DNA of 32,000 nucleotides from Acaryochloris marina MBIC11017 (GTDB taxonomy: Bacteria > Cyanobacteriota > Cyanobacteriia > Thermosynechococcales > Thermosynechococcaceae). The notes below the pieces were generated by a model, which had not been told where the DNA came from, did no database searches, and worked only from the letters and a program-made list of their open reading frames with translations. Positions 26,767 through 32,000 of the stretch are shown piece after piece. Each line of letters starts with the position of its first letter. The stretch's first letter is position 1. The stretch is from NCBI RefSeq assembly GCF_000018105.1, contig NC_009925.1, positions 1,170,001 through 1,202,000 on the forward strand, read 5' to 3'. The translations under genes were made by a program, and so were the position numbers.

Positions 26767-27270
26767 TTAGCTTGACTTGAACCCGGTAAAGACCGTTGGC
26801 CAAGAGACCAATAACAACATGACTAAGTTTGCAGCCCAGAACAGAACCACAACGCGAAAAGCCACCAATGGCAAAGAAGACAATGCTAACTGTCCAAATC
26901 CATCCACTAGCTGCCACAACCGAAAAACTGTGTAGAAAAAACCAATAGGCACCACAACACTGGGGACCAACTGCCGACTCAACAAACCTTCAGAGAATAT
27001 TTGAATCACCAACGTCAATAAGTAACCGCACCAGAATAATCGTGCGGCAGGTTGCTTCCAAGACTGAATAAGCAGCAGAATGGGCAACAAAATTCCAGCG
27101 ACCCAAGCTAGGAGTAACCACCCTCGTATAAATTGAAGTTGACTAGCATTAAACCCAAGTTCTTCTGTGAAGGGTAAATATTGAGCTTTTACGCCAAATC
27201 CATAGCCAATCATTAGGATTGTCGTCACTAGGATAAAAAGAGCGATAATCAATCCATTTTTATTTAGCAT
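26767..27270 (-). CDS. Hypothetical integral membrane protein (167 aa, about 5 TM)
   Basis: Hydrophobic throughout (LIIALFILVTTILMIGYGF, LLLAWVAGILLPILLLI, LLTLVIQIF, VVVPIGFFYTVF, VVVLFWAANLVMLLLV). No family recognised. Confidence 0.55.
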   Translation of the reverse strand: MLNKNGLIIALFILVTTILMIGYGFGVKAQYLPFTEELGFNASQLQFIRGWLLLAWVAGILLPILLLIQSWKQPAARLFWCGYLLTLVIQIFSEGLLSRQLVPSVVVPIGFFYTVFRLWQLVDGFGQLALSSLPLVAFRVVVLFWAANLVMLLLVSWPTVFTGFKSS

Positions 27271-27651
27271 CTACTCTAAGGGGTTAAGCGTACATTTCTA
27301 CAAATACAAGAAATTATTGGTATTTACACACTATTTTTTGAATACATCATTCCAAGGGCATAATACATACCTGATACAAAGCTGAACTTAATCAACCACA
27401 TATCAAACAATCCTCAGAATTTTTATTTAAGACTTCATTTCTATCCATATCCTAAAAGGCATAAATAACGCCTGAAAGCAAGCCTCGGAATAATTTGACT
27501 AGTATCTCTTGATAGCACGCCCTCTACGAGAGTTCGTAATCGCTTTGAGTGACTCCAAAAAAGCTCGAGATTGCAGAGCAGTTATGAGTTCAAAGATTAT
27601 CAGCAGTATTCCTCTTTTTATGAACGCTCCCTCAAAGCAAAACCATCCAAT

Positions 27652-27667
27652 CCTTTGATATCAAAGG
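27652..27667. promoter_or_regulatory. Perfect 16-bp palindrome CCTTTGATATCAAAGG
   Basis: It is exactly self-complementary and lies in the ORF-poor AT-rich stretch, so it is a candidate dimeric protein-binding site. No function can be assigned. Confidence 0.3.
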
Positions 27668-28190
27668 CCTTAGCACCCTTTCAGCTTTGCCTTTCTGAGC
27701 TTATGTAGAGATTAGAAAGAAACACAAATACGTAGAAAGGTATTTTGCGCAGGTGCTTGCGTATCGTCGGCCGCTTCTTGGCACAACCATTTCCCGAAAT
27801 AAGAGTATATCGCTCGTCACATAGTCATGAATAAAACTATTAGCAGACTGTTCTGAGCTAGTTGTTAGTGACTTATGCCCCTATAGATGACAACTAGGCC
27901 TAAAATAATAATGCTAAGTCTATACGCTTTTTAAGGCGAGTGCCGACTGGGGCCAATATAATAGCTTGAGGCTAAAAATCTACTAAGAAGATATACCTAT
28001 TTTTTTAGACTTATCAATATAAATAGTATCTTGAACTCACAATAAGTTTTTTTCTTAGGCCGAAAAATATCTAGCAAAAAGGATGTCAATTACTAGTGGT
28101 GAGTCGCTAATAAACGAGAAAAAACTAGAGGATAAGAGCAGCCAAAAAGTTACACTCTTTCACCTCTAGTAGTTTTAAAAAATTATTCGT

Positions 28191-28211
28191 AAGTTGTTAT
28201 TTAAACAACTT
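28191..28211. terminator. Hairpin AAGTTGTT-ATTTA-AACAACTT flanked by T-runs on both strands (bidirectional terminator candidate)
   Basis: The 8-bp stem is followed by TTTTGTTGTT on the plus strand and, on the minus strand, by ACGAATAATTTTTT. It lies 12 nt downstream of the 59-codon minus-strand ORF. Confidence 0.45.
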
Positions 28212-28222
28212 TTTGTTGTTAC

Positions 28223-28402
28223 TCAACGACAAGACAAAGTTCTTAAACTAAATACACTATCGACATCACAAACTGTGGATGTTTTAACAAGAATTGCGAA
28301 TATTAGTCCTACTACAAATAAGCTTCCAACTGTAACTAGAATAGTTGTAAAAGGAGACATATAGCCATTGTCAACAGCGGCGTTATTTTTTGAATTAGCC
28401 AT
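28223..28402 (-). CDS. Candidate small single-TM peptide (59 aa; one codon below the track cutoff)
   Basis: My translation is MANSKNNAAVDNGYMSPFTTILVTVGSLFVVGLIFAILVKTSTVCDVDSVFSLRTLSCR. It has one clear TM helix and a hairpin terminator candidate just downstream. The Shine-Dalgarno is weak. Confidence 0.35.
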   Translation of the reverse strand: MANSKNNAAVDNGYMSPFTTILVTVGSLFVVGLIFAILVKTSTVCDVDSVFSLRTLSCR

Positions 28403-28792
28403 AATTAAAATCCCGTAACGATAAGGGTAAATAGGAGTTTAACAAGTGAGTTTTCAAAACTTGCACTTGTCTATCTTTTTGCAAGAGCAACTTAACCATA
28501 TAATCTGAGGTTAGAGGTTCGCGAATAAGTTGAACAAAAATTAATATTAATTTTCGTAAAAGTATATATGTCATTTCTGGTCTATTGACTGGTTTGAGAC
28601 CTTTTTCAAGTATCGACTTTCTCTACAGCTTGCTCTCTAGGTGACGTCTCATCCGAGACGAATTTTAAATTTGGAGAATTAGGGCTTTCCAAAACTTCAA
28701 TATAGTCACCATTTTGCAAAAAATTGATTCATAATCGTCCCTGATCTGCACCAACCCTGGCCAAGCATCCAGATCAATACCAAACTCCCCTA

Positions 28793-29692
28793 TTAACGAT
28801 GAGGATGCTCCTCATGTTCATTGCCTTGAGTGTCCACCCACCATTTGCTCCTTCCCCAGGTGTCACATCGCATATTCTCAATCGGTTGAATGGTTGGACT
28901 TTGAGAGAATTGGAGCTGATCAAACCAATTCCAAGTTACAACGTCTTGTAATCTCTCAGGCAAATCATCTAGATTCAAAGGCTGAATAGGCTGACCATCA
29001 CAGTCATAGGGCAAAGGGGCTGAATAGTCATGCCCATAAGAATATAAACCTAACAATATGGCTAAGCTATGACTGTAATCCTTCAAGGGTTCAGCATGAT
29101 GTAAAAATCCTTTATTAAACAGTTGGCGAAGGGTTGTGGTTGGGCAGTGCGGCAGAAAAATCAGAGCAGGTTCCCCAGCGAACCGCACGATATAGTCGCT
29201 GTGATAGTCTGAATTTCTCAAGCAGTGGTTTTTCAAGATTTTGAAAACTTCAGCTTCATTACCCGCAATAGCCAATAACCAACATAGATCAACGTAATCC
29301 CATGACTTGGAAGAGCTAGGGTGTAAAACGTCCTGCACATTTATCCGCTGCAACGATACTGCAGACGGAAGACGTTTAGAGTTTGGGGATTGGATGGGGT
29401 TACTGTTGTTCCCGTCAGACAAATCAATGCCTAGCCATGCAAGAATCTGAGCAGAAGGAATCTTGAAATTAATGACCCGATCATCATTTTCTTTTGACCA
29501 TTCCCAGAAAAAAGAATGAATATCATATAGTTCCGCATAATCTAAACCTTTCTCAATAGCATTCACCCGAAAGAAGCTATTTGATTCGGGAACAGCACCT
29601 CCCTCATTTGAATCAAATACACCGATATTGCCGTTGGCATCTGCTGCAAACCAAGTGGTGTCCATGCTATGAGCTGCCGGGAAATCGGTCAT
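28793..29692 (-). CDS. Hypothetical protein (299 aa) co-transcribed with the radical SAM gene
   Basis: It starts 15 nt after the radical SAM stop. The sequence is Trp/His-rich (MDTTWFAADANGNIGVFDSNEGGAVPE...). No family recognised. Confidence 0.7.
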   Translation of the reverse strand: MTDFPAAHSMDTTWFAADANGNIGVFDSNEGGAVPESNSFFRVNAIEKGLDYAELYDIHSFFWEWSKENDDRVINFKIPSAQILAWLGIDLSDGNNSNPIQSPNSKRLPSAVSLQRINVQDVLHPSSSKSWDYVDLCWLLAIAGNEAEVFKILKNHCLRNSDYHSDYIVRFAGEPALIFLPHCPTTTLRQLFNKGFLHHAEPLKDYSHSLAILLGLYSYGHDYSAPLPYDCDGQPIQPLNLDDLPERLQDVVTWNWFDQLQFSQSPTIQPIENMRCDTWGRSKWWVDTQGNEHEEHPHR

Positions 29693-29707
29693 GGGGTGTT
29701 CTCCAAC

Positions 29708-30451
29708 CTAACTACAAAAAATCAACGGTAAATCCTCAAGCGCTTTATCCAAGGCTTTGGCTGTTAAGGATTCTAACGGTTGTTGGGCAGAGGTATAGGA
29801 ACACCAAGCGACCTTTTTATCCCAGGTGACTGCACAGAAACGCTCGCTTTTTTGGCAATTGGTCAGACACGTCATGGATTGAAAAGGTTCTTTTCCTGCC
29901 ACCTCAGCAACTTGTTGTGGCGTTGGTGTATCTTTTCCCCGCATCGGCAAGTAGACAATGCGATCGTTCGCAATTCCCGATTCCCTTAGTGTCTGAGCAA
30001 CTTGACCCGCTGCAGTTAATTTTGATGCTGAGACCAATAAGTTAATTCCACTACGAATCCCCAGTGATTCCAATTGCTTTACTTGTGCCATGACTCGATT
30101 CACTTCCCACAACTGTTCTGGGAAATGGATGGATAGGTGAACTTTATCAGGATGAACAGATACTAGTCGCCTCAGGGTACTACCCCATAAATGCAATCCA
30201 TTACTGGTGATGGAGCGGAATACCATACCCTGCAAACGTTGCAAAACCTCAAATAAGGCTGGGTACTCTAACGGCTCTCCACCTCCAAAGGAAACAGCTT
30301 GAGTTCCTGCCTGCGCACAATCCGTAACAAAGGTGATCAGCTCATCTGCGGTCCAAGTCGTATTGCCGATGGGATGGCTGCTGTTATAACAAAAATGACA
30401 TTGCTTACTACACTGATTAGTCAGTTCAATAGAAAGCCTTTCAACACTCAT
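29708..30451 (-). CDS. Small radical SAM enzyme (about 247 aa) with a C-terminal Cys cluster
   Basis: The CxxxCxxC motif is in LTNQCSKQCHFCYN. The SAM-binding motif is SFGGGEPLEYP, and ITSNG is also present. The C-terminal TCLTNCQKSERFCAVTWDKKVAWC (C-x3-C-x6-C-x10-C) suggests an auxiliary cluster (twitch-like). The start is ATG 30451, or TTG 30454 as in the track. Confidence 0.85.
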   Translation of the reverse strand: MSVERLSIELTNQCSKQCHFCYNSSHPIGNTTWTADELITFVTDCAQAGTQAVSFGGGEPLEYPALFEVLQRLQGMVFRSITSNGLHLWGSTLRRLVSVHPDKVHLSIHFPEQLWEVNRVMAQVKQLESLGIRSGINLLVSASKLTAAGQVAQTLRESGIANDRIVYLPMRGKDTPTPQQVAEVAGKEPFQSMTCLTNCQKSERFCAVTWDKKVAWCSYTSAQQPLESLTAKALDKALEDLPLIFCS

Positions 30452-30542
30452 CAATCGACGGTAACGTCTCTTCAGGCATCAATCCTAACAAAATCTGCCA
30501 TTCACTTACGGAAAGCTTATTCTGGCAAAATTGTTTCAACAT
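30441..30542 (-). CDS. Candidate 33-codon ORF overlapping the radical SAM start (speculative precursor or leader peptide)
   Basis: My translation is MLKQFCQNKLSVSEWQILLGLMPEETLPSIDEC. Its TGA (30441-30443) lies 8-11 nt inside the radical SAM gene in another frame. An open frame of this length is not statistically remarkable. Confidence 0.25.
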   Translation of the reverse strand: MLKQFCQNKLSVSEWQILLGLMPEETLPSIDEC

Positions 30543-30643
30543 CCACCCAGCTAATCCTATTCAGCAAAACTCACCGACCCGGAGGAAGATTGATTTGCTG
30601 AATTTGGACGGAAGCAACCATAGGAGCTACAGCTCACTGGCGC

Positions 30644-31906
30644 TTATCCAAAGATACTGCTGAAAAATTCTACGGCTTCTTTAAGTGAGTTGATAAACGC
30701 ATCTATTTCTTCGCGAGTATTGTAAAAATAGAGACTTGCTCTGGCCGTAGACGACACCTTCAGATGCCGATGCAAAGGCTGAGTACAGTGATGTCCGGCC
30801 CGAATGGCTACACCTGCTTGATCCAAAATCGTGGAGAGATCATGGGGATGCACATCCCCTGCGGTAAAGGAAGCCAATGCCGCTCGACCCGTGCCATCCG
30901 CATGGGGCTGAGGACCATAAATCTGCACCTCAGGAATCTCCCGCAGCCGCTTAAACAGGTAAGCCGTTAACTCCGCTTCATAGGCATGAATCTTGTCCAT
31001 ACCAATTTGGGTCAAGTAATCAACCGCAGCCCCTAGGCCCACTGCCTCACCAATGGCAGGGGTGCCTGCCTCAAATTTATGGGGTAAATCTGCATAGGTG
31101 GCATGGTCTAGGAATACATCTGCAATCATTTCACCGCCACCCAAGAACGGAGGCATACTGCGGAGCAAATCCAGTTTGCCGTAGAGGAAGCCAATGCCGG
31201 TGGGAGCACACATTTTATGGCCAGAGGCCACCAGCCAATCGCAGTCTATCTTCTGGACATCGATGGGCATATGGGGGACGCTTTGGCAGGCGTCGATCAG
31301 CACTTTGGCATCGTATTGGTGTGCGATCACAACAATCTCTTCCACAGGATTAATACAGCCCAAGGTATTGGAGACATGCACCACCCCCACTAGTTTGGTG
31401 CGGTCATTGATCAGGGTTTTAAACTGCTCTAAATCAAAGGCTTGATTCTCATCCAGCTCCACAAACTTGAGCACCGCTCCAGTTTTCTGAGCCACCCACT
31501 GCCAGGGAATCAAATTACTGTGATGCTCCATCACCGTCAGGATGACTTCATCCCCAGCCTTGAGATTATTCATTCCCCAGCTATAAGCCACCAGGTTAAT
31601 CCCTTCACTGGCATTGCGGGTATAGACAATCTCCTGCCGAGACGCCGCATTGACAAAGGCAGCCACCTTATCCCGTGCCCCTTCATAGGCATCCGTGGCC
31701 CGACCACTGAGGGTATGGACGCCTCGGTGGACATTGGCATTATCCTGCTCGTAATAATCCTGCAGTGCCGCCAAGACAGAGGTCGGTTTCTGAGACGTCG
31801 CCGCACTATCCAAATAGACCAAGGGACTCTCCTGAATCTGCTGATGCAAAATGGGAAAGTCAGGACGAACCTGAAGGGCTAGAGACTTTTCTTGGATGGC
31901 AATCAT
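30644..31906 (-). CDS. sufS: Cysteine desulfurase SufS (group II, PLP-dependent)
   Basis: 420 aa. The PLP-lysine motif is [18 protein letters not shown], and the catalytic Cys loop is [10 protein letters not shown]. The gene follows a sufD-like 3' end. Confidence 0.93.
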   Translation of the reverse strand: MIAIQEKSLALQVRPDFPILHQQIQESPLVYLDSAATSQKPTSVLAALQDYYEQDNANVHRGVHTLSGRATDAYEGARDKVAAFVNAASRQEIVYTRNASEGINLVAYSWGMNNLKAGDEVILTVMEHHSNLIPWQWVAQKTGAVLKFVELDENQAFDLEQFKTLINDRTKLVGVVHVSNTLGCINPVEEIVVIAHQYDAKVLIDACQSVPHMPIDVQKIDCDWLVASGHKMCAPTGIGFLYGKLDLLRSMPPFLGGGEMIADVFLDHATYADLPHKFEAGTPAIGEAVGLGAAVDYLTQIGMDKIHAYEAELTAYLFKRLREIPEVQIYGPQPHADGTGRAALASFTAGDVHPHDLSTILDQAGVAIRAGHHCTQPLHRHLKVSSTARASLYFYNTREEIDAFINSLKEAVEFFSSIFG

Positions 31907-31924
31907 AGGTGCAGAATCACGAAT

Positions 31925-32000
31925 CTAACGTATTTGGGACAACACAGCGTTCAGCAAAGTCTGGCGCTGTTCAGCAATGGGCAATTGATCAATAATTTCC
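31925..32000 (-). CDS. sufD: 3' end of the upstream suf gene (probably sufD), partial at the right window edge
   Basis: My translation of the minus strand is ...EIIDQLPIAEQRQTLLNAVLSQIR-stop, with TAG at 31925-31927, 18 nt before the sufS start. The assignment rests mainly on the conserved sufBCDS gene order. Confidence 0.5.
   Translation of the reverse strand, partial: EIIDQLPIAEQRQTLLNAVLSQIR

Noticed and set aside
29708-30451. Radical SAM gene as a prokaryotic viperin (pVip) antiviral enzyme
   Set aside because: Only generic radical SAM motifs are shared. The protein is shorter than viperins, lacks the conserved viperin C-terminal extension as I recall it, and has an extra Cys cluster that viperins lack.
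30299-30601. 100-aa plus-strand ORF across the radical SAM start and upstream region
   Set aside because: It is antisense to a well-supported gene start and has no motifs. It is a shadow ORF.

Overview
This window looks like a cyanobacterial chromosome segment. Evidence: at least 7 HIP1 octamers (GCGATCGC), light-dependent protochlorophyllide reductase, sufD-sufS, type-2 NADH dehydrogenase, and pentapeptide and WD40 proteins. Core genes alternate with accessory DNA.

Main contents, left to right:
- An exported protein (partial), a Rad52-like annealing protein, and por.
- A tightly packed six-gene minus-strand operon: Tat-signal FGE-like protein, COG0523 GTPase, cobalt-type nitrile hydratase beta and alpha, small NHase accessory protein, HupE/UreJ permease.
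- A methyltransferase, a pentapeptide protein and a DUF4259 protein.
- A vanadium-dependent haloperoxidase translationally coupled to a small Arg/Pro-rich tail-anchored ORF.
- At the window centre, a very large NLR-like STAND gene (Mrr-like endonuclease fold, NACHT NTPase, pentapeptide linker, 9 WD40 blades). An IS630-family element splits or uncouples it near its 5' end. Its WD40 region is about 7.5 almost identical 126-bp tandem units that differ only at a few codons.
- An ECF sigma/anti-sigma pair, NDH-2 and DoxX.
- Two visibly AT-rich, HIP1-free patches carrying orphan genes: a PhyH-like dioxygenase, small ORFs bounded by a thrice-repeated ~40-nt segment, and a 1.5-kb ORF-poor stretch.
- A small radical-SAM gene plus a 299-aa unknown gene directly downstream of sufS.

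I recognised no rRNA, tRNA or CRISPR array. The most interesting candidate is the IS-interrupted NACHT-WD40 conflict/defence-type gene with its hypervariable repeat sensor. All family calls come from motif recognition by eye and need HMM/BLAST confirmation.
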